This document shows, piece by piece, positions 40,920 to 53,796 of a stretch of 64,000 nucleotides of DNA. Position numbers and translations under genes: made by a program. Position 1 is the stretch's first letter. Each line of letters begins with the position of its first letter. The stretch comes from Balanoglossus misakiensis (lineage: Eukaryota > Animalia > Hemichordata): assembly GCA_040954595.2 (NCBI GenBank), contig CM082592.2, positions 5,038,735-5,102,734 of the forward strand, in the 5' to 3' direction. The notes beneath the pieces were generated by a model that was not told where the DNA came from, made no database searches, and saw only the letters and a program-made list of their open reading frames with translations.

Positions 40920-43352
40920 ACCACTGATTCCCCCCCCCCCCCATCATGCAATATGGAATTTCTATTTTTGTATACTTGATAAACACGGATTTTATGCAAT
41001 TACCATGATGTCATTAACGTGAAAAGTAGGAAGACCGGCTGTGCTGTTACCGAACTTCCATTTTAAGCAGTATTTTTTTTCCTGTTAAGTTCATGACAGA
41101 ATGACGGTAAGAATTTTTCAATTTTTTGATAAATCTCCGGTGGCTTAGGTTGGTATGGCAACTATACTAAATGCAATAATAATAATAATAATGTCACCGC
41201 GAGAGATACTTGGATGTTAGTGATGGTACAAAATATGAAGGTAGGAGCAAGAATCTTACCAGCGTCATATAGACAAAGTGTAAACTGAAGGCACGTGGAA
41301 CATATTATCATCATCAGGAAAATATATCCTCGAACAAGGACACTTATTTCCAGCAATAAAATGGGACGTCATCACTCCGACAAACGCGCAGCCCGTGAAA
41401 ACAAATATGGCAATACAAACTGAAAGATATGTTAAGTAGAAGGACCCCATCAGCCAAAAGTCCAAACGAGATCTGAGACAAATTACTTGTGCTTTCAAGA
41501 TGGCGTCGCTCTCTGAGTCGTGCTGTGACGATTTACGTTTGTCATGCCGGGATATTATGACTGAAGATCATTCTAAATCGTCTTTCTTGTGTTTCATTTT
41601 ACATAATTCTTCTTCTGCCGCGGTTATTTTGATGAACATATTCAAATATTCTATGTTGTATGGTTCGACACGTTTTTGTAAATGTGTCTCCCGCCAAATG
41701 TTCATGAACATACGCTTTGTCTGATTCCCAGTTTTGTCGAAGGACCAACGTCAAACCCAAGTGACGACTGCCAGAGTATTGATTTCTGTTTTTTTTTTCA
41801 TAAAAATATAAACATTGAAAAAATTAATAGTAGAAAGCTATCGCGTGTAAATACACGGTGCAGACTTCAGTGACGACGGCGAAAATGATGGCTAGAAGAC
41901 GCGTAGGCTGCTTAGCTTACTACCTTTCAGTAATTTGTAATGTGTTGACGACGGCGTGTTTCATAATTGAGAGTTACTGATTAAGGAGAGTGCCTGCTCG
42001 TGCTGCCGGTGGTGGCGTTCTTGCAACACCAAAGGCTTCATGTTGAAATATGGCTCCTGAGGCCGCGGCGAATGCGCACTTCACCATCCACACCGCAATC
42101 AGACTCACTTTACAGTCACTTGTTCCAGGTTGTTAGCTAGCTATCCGTCAGATCCTCTGAAATATTTATGTTGGACTTGAGTGAGCAATATAATAGTAAG
42201 ATGCTGACATAGTTGTAATATTTATATTTAAAAAAAAGTTGTTGTCGTTTTACATAACTGCTTCCGATGCTACGGCCGCGGGTACTGCTGTGTGGTCGAT
42301 TCTTTGAGTTGACGGCGACTGGAGCGCCACCAACCTTGCGGGTCATGGTGGAAAACGTCACCATTTTGACCGACGAAGAATCAGGACGTTGTGATAGTGT
42401 ATATTTGAATACTGAACAGTTTTACATTGATGATAATTTTGGAATTTCTCCTCTCCAATACAGCATTTAGATTGTGATGATCAATTTACACATGCTTTCA
42501 GTGGACCGTCTTTGAACTTGATATGCAACCATTTCGTCATTCGAGAGAAACTGCGATTATTACATATTCAGCAATAATATTTTTTTTCGATGAAACAAAT
42601 GAATTGTTTTTTTCATGCAGTCGAATTTGACATCACCCTAAGCCGTATAACGCTTGGTCACGGTGAACGAAAACCTACATTTTACCACACGTAGGTTACT
42701 AGAAACAGTTTGCTATCGATGTTGGCGACTGGCAGTTTTTTATTGTACAGTGGGGAAAGTGGACATGCTTTTGACATACATGTCTTTATTTTCTGTCCGA
42801 GCGTCAAATCTCTCTTTTTAAAGTTATGGTACGTTTTTGTGTACATGTAGTCCTGTAGGCTTTGGGCGTAGACGTCCAGATGACTAAAACGATCATGCGG
42901 CAACGGCCCGATATATGTGTGCCAAATTGTGTGTGAAAAAATTCAGTCAGTTGTACAGCCTTTAGTTAATACGACGATACACGAAATTTAGTACCAGTCG
43001 CGGTGTGATAATAGTTTCCCTCCTGCATTTCCCGGTATAGTTTTTGCGGAAAGATTGGTAGTACGTGTACCTTTGCAGCCTTCTGATAGCGCCGAACACC
43101 TACAGCACCAATTCCCGCATAGAACGAGATCTCGCAGCATACACAACAACTGACGAAGCCAAAAAGCAGCGCCCTCTTTCCCCCAGACGCCTACATTATC
43201 CTCACGAGATAATTTTTTTTCACTTTGAGCCAACTTTGTGTGCTAACCTATTTAACGTTTGAGTAATTAAATAAAATGTGTAAATTTTTGTCTTTTGGTC
43301 TTTTGATTGGACTAAAGCAATTCTTTATGTAAAGATTTATTGTGTTTTTATG

Positions 43353-43358
43353 AATAAA
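43353..43358 (+). terminator. Candidate polyadenylation signal of nAChR gene 1
   Basis: AATAAA after a T-rich tract containing TGTA; other AATAAA hexamers exist earlier (near 41355 and 43270). Confidence 0.3.
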
Positions 43359-43373
43359 TGCTAATTATTATCC

Positions 43374-43487
<114 letters not shown>

Positions 43488-44724
43488 TTTTCATTATGGC
43501 TGCGCTGGGTTAATGCAATATGCGATTGGTTTCGATTATCATGTGCTCCTGTTTCTATTAACCATGACCCATGAAGATGGTGTTATGTCTAAGCGTTAAA
43601 TTGAGCAATCAGAGAAGGAAACTTTGAACAGAGACATAGCGGCAATTGCGCATTCTATTGATATTCACAGCCTATTCAGAAATTCAAAATTGAATTTCAA
43701 TACAACTGGCGTCATTTAGTCCCAGAGGTCGAACGGATCTAACAGTCGACGTGTCTTAAATAGAAACGCTGTGATCTGTTTTACATGCAAAAGAAGTCTA
43801 ATTATTCGGATGGGCTGGGTTCACCAATATGTTACTTTTGACACCAATTGCACGGAATTTTTTTGCGAATCCTTTATCGGGAAATTTCAATCAGAAAATT
43901 TGGGCGCCGTTCCCCTGGGGGTTGAGAGTGAGGCTGGAGTTAATGGAGCGTGCGGTATCTCTTTGACCTTTGACCCCGCGCCATATTGAAGAACAAATTT
44001 CATGCCGTGTGCCGCGGGGCCAACTACTTATCGTATATAAAGTGGTGCACTTCTAAACAGTCATAGATAACGGCGTGGACTAGTCCATTTTAATGTTCCA
44101 TGTACTTGTTCATACAGCGTGATCTTTGATTCCGCGATTGTACAAGCGCCAAGTACTTTCACAAGGGCAATGCGTTATTAACCCCGGGGGAGGGCAACAG
44201 CTAGGTTAAATCAACAGCCGATGAGAGTCTAGTGCCATTGTTTAACCTTTAATCACGCGTGGCATAGTCTTCCCCGGGAAAGACACAGGAGTAGGCCTTC
44301 TTCGATTAATCTTGTCTGTGGTGATACCCCACCCACCACAGCGTGTGGAAGAGAAATTGCTTTACAATTTGTTTAGTTTTTCAGTAACAGTACGAACAAT
44401 TTCTCATTACGTGACTTGTTAAAATATAAGCATTGGGAAATGTTTTACTTGATACTTAAGGTTTTTGCCCCCATGAAAGTCCTATAGCCTGTTTCAAACG
44501 GACGGGCCAACTGCAAAAGTTAGTGCGAGTGTGTATAATTTAAGTTCCGATCGCATCCAGGCAGGGTAGACGCCATGATACCTGTAAAGCGCCCACACGC
44601 GTTCTCTATAACGCCAAGTCTTGGAGATTTGGGCTCGAGCAGTTAGACATTTAATCGGTCTTAACAAACTGGTTTTGTTTTTGAAGAGCGTTTCCATGGC
44701 AAAAGAATCATGCTTTGGCCTTAA

Positions 44725-45221
44725 AAGCACGTAAGCTGCAACTGGATAAAAAATTAAAGTTTTAAATAATCTCATATATGCTTTTAATTATGTCTATTAA
44801 ATGATATTTTGTGATAATATATCAAGCTCAACACTTATTTATGACAAAATGGCCAAAAATTAAAGAAAAACGAAAATTCCTGCAATTTTAAAAAAAGTGC
44901 AATATTGCAAATGAAAATCGGATGTCTCAGTGGTGTACATTTACTTCCATGAGCTCAAGTGGATGAGATCATGTTTTGTTTATGAAGTTTCACAACCGGA
45001 AATGCGACATTTTCATTGTTTCTTGCATTTTCCCACGGTGGCGGCCATAATTGCTTGCGGCAAAGCTTTATTATTTATCTGGTTAAAACTTGCATATGCA
45101 CTCATATTTAGGGTTTATAATGCTTGTGTATAGTTCACTGCCTTCATCTGCATGGACTAATAGTAGTGCAGTTTGAAACAAAAATTATGAAAATATCCCC
45201 AAAGTTACAGCTTACGTGCCT
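44725..45221. mobile_element. 497-bp TTAA-flanked non-autonomous DNA transposon (Kolobok type)
   Basis: TTAA|AAGCACGTAAGCTGCAACT ... AGTTACAGCTTACGTGCCT|TTAA: 19-bp TIR with 2 mismatches, TTAA on both sides. Confidence 0.8.
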
Positions 45222-46371
45222 TTAACCTAACATTGCGTTCATCGGTGAACAAAGAAGAAACGAAATCCCAGGTTAAAACAGAAACATGCAGGAAAGAGAT
45301 GACATATTTCCTCCTGGGAGTGCCTATGTTCGCCGTACCAATAATTCTCAATGGGTTAACCTCAAATGCACCAGACAGACTGCGTCAAAGATGTTTTTAT
45401 TTTTCCCCTTTAGCAAGTAAACTTACTCGGAATTTATTGAAATGTCGATTGCCGAGAATTGGGTCAGTGGTAGTCAGGCGCAGTGCGCGCGTTAAACTTT
45501 TAGTAACTACATCAGAGATGCGGAGATAAAATGGCGACTGTTCCGAACGATTTCGAGTCTTGGCTGGCACTCGCTCGTGTCAGATAGTTTTGGCCTTGCA
45601 ACGTTCGTACGTAAGTTAATTTCTATGTATATATGGTACTCATCTAAAATTAGATCAGACACAACATATTAAGACCACTATATATGACACGTAACATCCT
45701 GTCCTCCAAGAATAGTTGACTGCAACTGCCCTGGTGTTTTTGTAATGGCCCTTTAACTATATAAATATCACATTTTTTTCGCTACCTTGGACTAAGTTGA
45801 CTTTAAAGTTACAAGCAATCGAGGCAATTACCGAACAATCACGTGACCGGCGTCGTCAATCACAGCTTTCATTCGCCTGTTTTAGATATCGCACGTAAAT
45901 GTGACAACGGCGACGCGCTTGCAATTGTATTTGTTCACTTTCATCTTGCTTGCATGCATGCATGTGACACGGTGAAGCCAATTTCAATATAGGCTACCTG
46001 AATCGCGAAGCGGATTTACGCCTGCGCCGCTGGGTAAATTACCGAGGGGGTGAAATCGCGATAAATAGAATTTCCCGGAGAAGCTGTAACGCGCGGCGTT
46101 TTACATAAAATTAATGCGAGGATTGAGACTGCCAGGTATACGTGTCAAGAAGCTGAGGGAATTCTTTGTGTTCTCCGAGGCGAACGAGGACGGACGTGTC
46201 TGTACCCTTCTCCTCTCCATCCCGTCTGTCACGGTTCTGTGCGCATATTGAGCTCCTCTCGTGTCATTGTCATGTCTCCGGAGTCAACGACGAAGATTAT
46301 TGTGATTTCTTCCCTTCTGCCTGGAATTTACTTCTGACGTCGTTCTGTGTCAGCTCTCTCGCCGCCGAGTG

Positions 46372-46465
46372 ATGATGATGATGATGATGCCGACACTGCA
46401 GCGAAGTGCTTTCGCCATCATCTCCGTTTTCCCGAAACACTTACTGATATTCGCTCTGGTCACTG
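46372..46465 (+). CDS. nAChR subunit gene 2, exon 1 (signal peptide)
   Basis: (ATG)6 then PTLQRSAFAIISVFPKHLLIFALVT + G, GTAAGT donor at 46466; phase 1 fits exon 49904 (gt tgc tgt = G-C-C). Confidence 0.8.
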
Positions 46466-48510
46466 GTAAGTTACTAAAATTTAATTTCTGAAGGTTTACA
46501 GCATCGTTCAATCATGCATGCGCTGAATTTATACGTGATCGTATACCGTAGCCTTCGTAGATTCCAAAGGTAAAATGCGTTTGACGTGCGACGGTATGTT
46601 TTCGCTTGAGTAACTGCTCTGAGAAGCTGATGCGTATAGTTGGTGTCTGTGTGTCTGTCAGTGTGCGGATCTGAGATGAAAATCGCTTTCCTAATCATGT
46701 CAATCGTGGCAAGTTAAGCGACGCCAGTATATGTAATACTCCGCGGAAGAGGATTTCTCGATCAACATGATCACCGTGATGGCATTCTGACAGCTTTGCG
46801 AGTGCGCAGATTGCCCGAGCGTCCGCTGTTGGATTCAAGCGGTTTCAAAAGTAACGTCTCCCGGGAGTGTCTTGCGAGAAAGCCGTCGAAGCCGACCGCG
46901 GCTCCCGTCGGGGTCTTGCAAAGGAGCTCGACAAAATTGAAGAATGTTCGGCGCGCTCGTAAAAAAACGTTACAGTTTAATCAAGCCTCGGTTTATGGGT
47001 TGGAAATCGATTTCGCCGAGAAGAGGCGAGAGCTATGCGAGTGTATGAAACGCGAATTCAGCCGACGCCGAGTTCACGTCTGCGCACTCATCACCACTCC
47101 GACACTATATACAGTCAACAAATAACTTTCCCCAACGCTGCGCTTAATTACACTCTTTTTGAAAATTTGTACACCAATGTGAGCACCATTATTTCGATTA
47201 ACCCAGTCCACTTTGAATTGAACGGAGATGCACGCACGTAACCTCTCCCAACTATGCACCGTTTATAAATTTTATTGAATCAACGCTAAAATACGCGGTT
47301 CGGGTTAGAGTAAATCGGTCGAGACTTGCCGCTGGATGAATCGAACACTCTGTGACGTTAAATGCGTTTCACTTAAAAAGGTGTGCTTTTCATCAAGATT
47401 GAATTTGCTTAGAACATCAGGTCGACATTTCGGAAGGCACTCGGTGTAAACTGAAGTTATTCATCAGCGTATTTCAATTATCGCAAATTAATTAATGATA
47501 ATTGAATCGTTTTGCTAAGAGCTTTTCAGATATTTTCACCAAAGGAAAACAGTAGCATTAGACTCAGTATTTTCCACAATTTTTTTGAACCCCTAACTGA
47601 AAAAGTAGGATGGGAACACCCCGTTTCCGCTCTCTATTTTTGTACTAAAATTCATCGATATACTTTAAATATAACATCTGGAAAATGACATTATTTTCAA
47701 TTTTAAGTAGACCTCCACCTTAATGTTCCTTTGAAAGGAGGTTACGATAAAAAAAGGGCACATTTGCTGTGACGCAAGCTTGAATTCACGAAGCAACCGT
47801 TGGAACTAGATTGATCGCGAGTGACCAAACTGTTTAGACGACGCTGATGCATCATGTCAAACTTACTTGCATGTCATCGTTTGACATTAAATTATCTTAG
47901 TACACTAAACCTCATACACGCAGTTTACTCAGCACGCAGACCGCAGATCACAGACATGCCCCGTTTGTTTGACCTTATTTGACTCCTTGTTTAAACACTG
48001 ATCATCTGGGTGCTCTGAAGTCTGAAGTTTCAATTAACGGGAGTGTACTGATGGAGGTACTTGTATAAGCGCGAGATGAGATCATCAGTCAGTGTGTGCG
48101 CGCTGGCTTCATCAATAACGCGCTCCGATGTCCTGTCCGGATCAACCACGTCATTTCACAACCACAGGCAGTCGGATAACATGTCTCATTCAGAGAAGGT
48201 TAATAGCATCAAACGAAGCAACATCAGCGAGTTATAAGTCTCCAGTGGCAATCGTCTGCAGAGTATTCCCAATAGCGTTTAGGATTGAAGACAATAAAAT
48301 TCAAGGGTACGCCGATCTTCAAGGAACTGTATTTAAGTACCGGCGGCAGGAAGTATACTAATTTCGCAAAACAATTTAACACACTCACCGGGGAAAAAAA
48401 CGAGCGACGACAAAACAGGTGATAGGCAATTATGCATGCCTGCACGTTTATAGATACATGTACATAGATACATAGATACATACACACATACATACACACA
48501 CACATATATA

Positions 48511-48590
48511 CTTACGTTACATTACATTGCATTACATTACATTACATTACATTACATTACATTACATTACATTACATTACATTACATTAT
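48511..48590. repeat. (TTACA)n pentanucleotide repeat
   Basis: About 15 units. Confidence 0.93.
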
Positions 48591-49640
48591 TGCATTCAAC
48601 AAGCTGTCCATGCTTATCACTACGATCGACAAGCCAACGAGTCGCGGTAAATTATCTTAGTCCTTAATATAGGTTTGGTCGACCTTAAAGCTTTTCGATA
48701 TCAAACGGTTGGGATTACTAAAATTCTGTGAGCAGACTGCCACCATGACAAGCGACCAAAATTACAGCAGTCTTTTGTGCCCATAAGGATCGATCCAGGG
48801 CTGCTTTTAAATTGCCTGAGTAATTACATTACTTAGTCAAATAGAGATGAAAGTCGGACAGAGACAAATATCGATTTTATTCACTGTATCCTCCGGCATC
48901 AAGTCGGATAACAGAATAAAGTGGGAAAATGAAATAATCGCTGTTATGTGCTGTGAAAGGGGAAGAAAATGCAGAAATATGTAGCTTTCGAAAGAGTACC
49001 CCATACATTACTTCTGTCTCTCTGTTTCATATTTTCTGTCCGTGTCTGTCTGTCTGTCTGTCTGCTTGCCTGCCTGTCTGCCTGCCTGTCTGCCTACCTG
49101 CCTGTCTGTTAAATTTCGAAATGATTCGTCGTGAAATTCTACGAACATTAGAGTCATTTTATACAGCGAGTGGTTAATATTCGTATTTGCTTTCAATAAT
49201 GAGATACGCGGTTATGGCTAACTTTTATTCATAGGGTCTTATGCCCTGATAAAAAGCCGAATGCGCTATGATTGATAATGGACCAGTTAAACTTTTGATA
49301 TTTAGAATTAATGCATATTATACCATAACTCGGGTCGAAGTATCACCATTTCAACAGAATTAAGCTTGACGTGATTTCCAATGCATTCCCCGCCAGGCAT
49401 ATAGAGACTGGGTTTACACTTTCTATTAGTTCATTAGCACTACCTCAAAATGACGTCCGTCTAATTTGCAATCACTTCAAGAGTTGACTGTAAAATTTAA
49501 CTGCATATAAACCTGTCCTATAATCAGTTTTGATGCATTTTGCTTTTCATGTCGCCGCCGAGAGGTGGACAAAAGTATTAAGAAAATCGCACCCTTGGGG
49601 CCAAAAGAAAAATAACCACATTAATCAGTTGAGCATGAAA

Positions 49641-49855
<215 letters not shown>

Positions 49856-49903
49856 ACGTACGTCTACCACTTTTATTAACGTTTGCCATTGTTCTGTTGA
49901 GAG

Positions 49904-50043
49904 GTTGCTGTGCCTCTGAACACGAAGAAAAGCTGTTCGTAAAACTGATGGGAAACTACAGCAGCCTGATAAGACCGGTGCGAACGTCCAGAGAGATCTT
50001 AACTGTCAAGTTCGGTCTTTCCATATCCCAGCTCATAGACGTG
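49904..50043 (+). CDS. nAChR subunit gene 2, exon 2 (140 bp); remaining exons not in window
   Basis: (G)CCASEHEEKLFVKLMGNYSSLIRPVRTSREILTVKFGLSISQLIDV|GTAAGT; 28/47 residues identical to gene 1 exon 2; acceptor is GAG. Confidence 0.92.
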
Positions 50044-50150
50044 GTAAGTTGAGTACCGTTCAAGAACCCATGCAGACAATATATGACGCGGTTCTTTTTT
50101 TCTCAAAGGGAATATTCATATTAGGAGCTGGTAAATTCTTATACGTTTTC

Positions 50151-50329
50151 ATAACCCATGAAAAATGTCCAAAAATGACAAAATCACCAAGGTTTGCAAA
50201 GTCAAGAATTTGTCATATTATGACAATTTTCATGAGCTATAACCCATGAAAAATGACCAAAAATGACATAATCACTTAAGTTTGCAAAGTCAGGTATTTG
50301 TCATATTTTGACAGTTTTCATGAGCTATA
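50151..50329 (+). repeat. Two diverged 88-bp satellite monomers (variant B) at the array edge
   Basis: ATAACCCATG at 50151 and 50239, CATGAGCTATA at 50231 and 50319 (88-bp period). Confidence 0.85.
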
Positions 50330-50342
50330 TTTCAACTATTTC

Positions 50343-53300
50343 AAAATCATGGGTTATAGCTCATGAAAATCATCCAAAAATGACAATTTTTCGACTTTCC
50401 GAAATATCAAAATTTCTTCATATTTTGACAAAAATCATGGGTTATAGCCCATGAAAATCATCCAAAAATGACGATTTTTCGACTTTCCGAAATATCAAAA
50501 ATTCTTCATATTTTGACAAAAATCATGGGTTATAGCCCATGAAAATCACCCAAAAATGACGATTTTTCGACTTTCCGAAATATCAAAAATTCTTCATATT
50601 TTGACAAAAATCATGGGTTATAGCCCATGAAAATCATCCAAAAATGACAATTTTTCGACTTTCCGAAATATCAAAAATTCTTCATATTTTGACAAAAATC
50701 ATGGGTTATAGCTCATGAAAATCATCCAAAAATGACAATTTTTCGACTTTCCGAAATATCAAAAATTCTTCATATTTTGACAAAAATCATGGGTTATAGC
50801 TCATAAAAATCATCCAAAATGACAATTTTTCGACTTTCCGAAATATCAAAAATTCTTCATATTTTGACAAAAATCATGGGTTATAGCTCATGAAAATCAT
50901 CCAAAAATGACAATTTTTTGACTCCCCGAAATATCAAAAATTCTTCATATTTTGACAAAAATCATGGGTTATAGCCCATGAAAATCATCCAAAAATGACG
51001 ATGTTTCGACTTTCCGAAATATCAAAAATTCTTCATATTTTGACAAAAATCATGGCCCATGAAAATCATCCAAAAATGACGATTTTTCGACTTTCCGAAA
51101 TATCAAAAATTCTTCATATTTTGACAAAAATCATGGCCCATGAAAATCATCCAAAAATGACGATTTTTCGACTTTCCGAAATATCAAGAATTCTTCCTAT
51201 TTTGACAAAAATCATGGGTTATAGCTCATGAAAATCATCCAAAAATGACGATTTTTCGACTTTCCGAAATATCAAAAATTCTTCGTATTTTGACAAAAAT
51301 CATGGGTTATAGCCCATGAAAATCATCCAAAAATGACGATTTTTCGACTTTCCGAAATATCAAAAATTCTTCGTATTTTGACAAAAATCATGGGTTATAG
51401 CCCATGAAAATCATCCAAAAATGACGATTTTTCGACTTTCCGAAATATCAAAAATTCTTCATATTTTGACAAAAATCATGGGTTATAGCCCATGAAAATC
51501 ATCCAAAAATGACGATTTTTCGACTTTCCGAAATATCAAAAATTCTTCATATTTTGACAAAAATCATGGGTTATAGCCCATGAAAATCATCCAAAAATGA
51601 CGATTTTTCGACTTTCCGAAATATCAAAAATTCTTCATATTTTGACAAAAATCATGGGTTATAGCCCATGAAAATCATCCAAAAATGACGATTTTTCGAC
51701 TTTCCGAAATATCAAAAATTCTTCATATTTTGACAAAAATCATGGGTTATAGCCCATGAAAATCATCCAAAAATGACGATTTTTCGACTTTCCGAAATAT
51801 CAAAAATTCTTCGTATTTTGACAAAAATCATGGGTTATAGCCCATGAAAATCATCCAAAAATGACGATTTTTCGACTTTCCGAAATATCAAAAATTCTTC
51901 GTATTTTGGCAAAAATCATGGGTTATAGCCCATGAAAATCATCCAAAAATGACGATTTTTCGACTTTCCGAAATATCAAAAATTCTTCGTATTTTGACAA
52001 AAATCATGGGTTATAGCCCATGAAAATCATCCAAAAATGACGATTTTTCGACTTTCCGAAATATCAAAAATTCTTCATATTTTGACAAAAATCATGGGTT
52101 ATAGCCCATGAAAATCATCCAAAAATGACGATTTTTCGACTTTCCGAAATATCAAAAATTCTTCATATTTTGACAAAAATCATGGGTTATAGCCCATGAA
52201 AATCATCCAAAAATGACGATTTTTCGACTTTCCGAAATATCAAAAATTCTTCATATTTTGACAAAAATCATGGGTTATAGCCCATGAAAATCATCCAAAA
52301 ATGACGATTTTTCGACTTTCCGAAATATCAAAAATTCTTCATATTTGACAAAAATCATGGGTTATAGCCCATGAAAATCATCCAAAAATGACGATTTTTC
52401 GACTTTCCGAAATATCAAAAATTCTTCATATTTTGACAAAAATCATGGGTTATAGCCCATGAAAATCATCCAAAATTGACGATTTTTCGACTTTCCGAAA
52501 TATCAAAAATTCTTCATATTTTGACAAAAATCATGGGTTATAGCTCATGATAATCATCCAAAAATGACAATTTTTCGACTTTCCGAAATATCAAAAATTC
52601 TTCATATTTTGACAAAAGTCATGGGTTATAGCTCATGAAAATCATCCAAAAATGACGATTTTTCGACTTTCCGAAATATCAAAAATTCTTCATATTTTGA
52701 CAAAAATCGTGGGTTATAGCTCATGAAAATCATCCAAAAATGACGATTTTTCGACTTTCCGAAATATCAAAAATTCTTCATATTTTGACAAAAATCATGG
52801 GTTATAGCCCATGAAAATCATCCAAAAATGACGATTTTTCGACTTTCCGAAATATCAAAAATTCTTCATATTTTGACAAAAATCATGGGTTATAGCCCAT
52901 GAAAATCATCCAAAAATGACGATTTTTCGACTTTCCGAAATATCAAAAATTCTTCATATTTTGACAAAAATCATGGGTTATAGCCCATGAAAATCATCCA
53001 AAAATGACGATTTTTCGACTTTCCGAAATATCAAAAATTCTTCATATTTTGACAAAAATCATGGGTTATAGCCCATGAAAATCATCCAAAATTGACGATT
53101 TTTCGACTTTCCGAAATATCAAAAATTCTTCATATTTTGACAAAAATCATGGGTTATAGCTCATGATAATCATCCAAAAATGACAATTTTTCGACTTTCC
53201 GAAATATCAAAAATTCTTCATATTTTGACAAAAGTCATGGGTTATAGCTCATGAAAATCATCCAAAAATGACAATTTTTCGACTTTCCGAAATATCAAAA

Positions 53301-53796
53301 ATTCTTCATATTTTGACAAAAATCATGGGTTATAGCTCATGAAAATCATCCAAAAATGACATTTTTTCGACTTTCCGAAATATCAAAAATTCTTCATATT
53401 TTGACAAAAATCATGGGTTATAGCTCATGAAAATAATCCAAAAATGACGATTTTTCGACTTTCCGAAATATCAAAAATTCTTCATATTTTGACAAAAATC
53501 GTGGGTTATAGCTCATGAAAATCATCCAAAAATGACGATTTTTCGACTTTCCGAAATATCAAAAATTCTTCATATTTTAACAAAAATCATGGGTTATAGC
53601 TCATGAAAATCATCCAAAAATGACATTTTTTCGACTTTCCGAAATATCAAAAATTCTTCATATTTTGACAAAAATCATGGGTTATAGCTCATGAAAATCA
53701 TCCAAAAATGACGATTTTTCGACATTCCGAAATATCAAAAATTCTTCATATTTTGATAAAAATCATGGGTTTTCATATTTTGACAAAAATCATGGG
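50343..53796 (+). repeat. 88-bp satellite, forward arm (~39 monomers)
   Basis: Unit CATGGGTTATAGCCCATGAAAATCATCCAAAAATGACGATTTTTCGACTTTCCGAAATATCAAAAATTCTTCATATTTTGACAAAAAT; CATGGG at 51301 and 51389. Confidence 0.98.

Noticed and set aside
50995-51231. 78-aa repetitive ORF
   Set aside because: By-product of two 81-bp deletion monomers that remove the stop codon.
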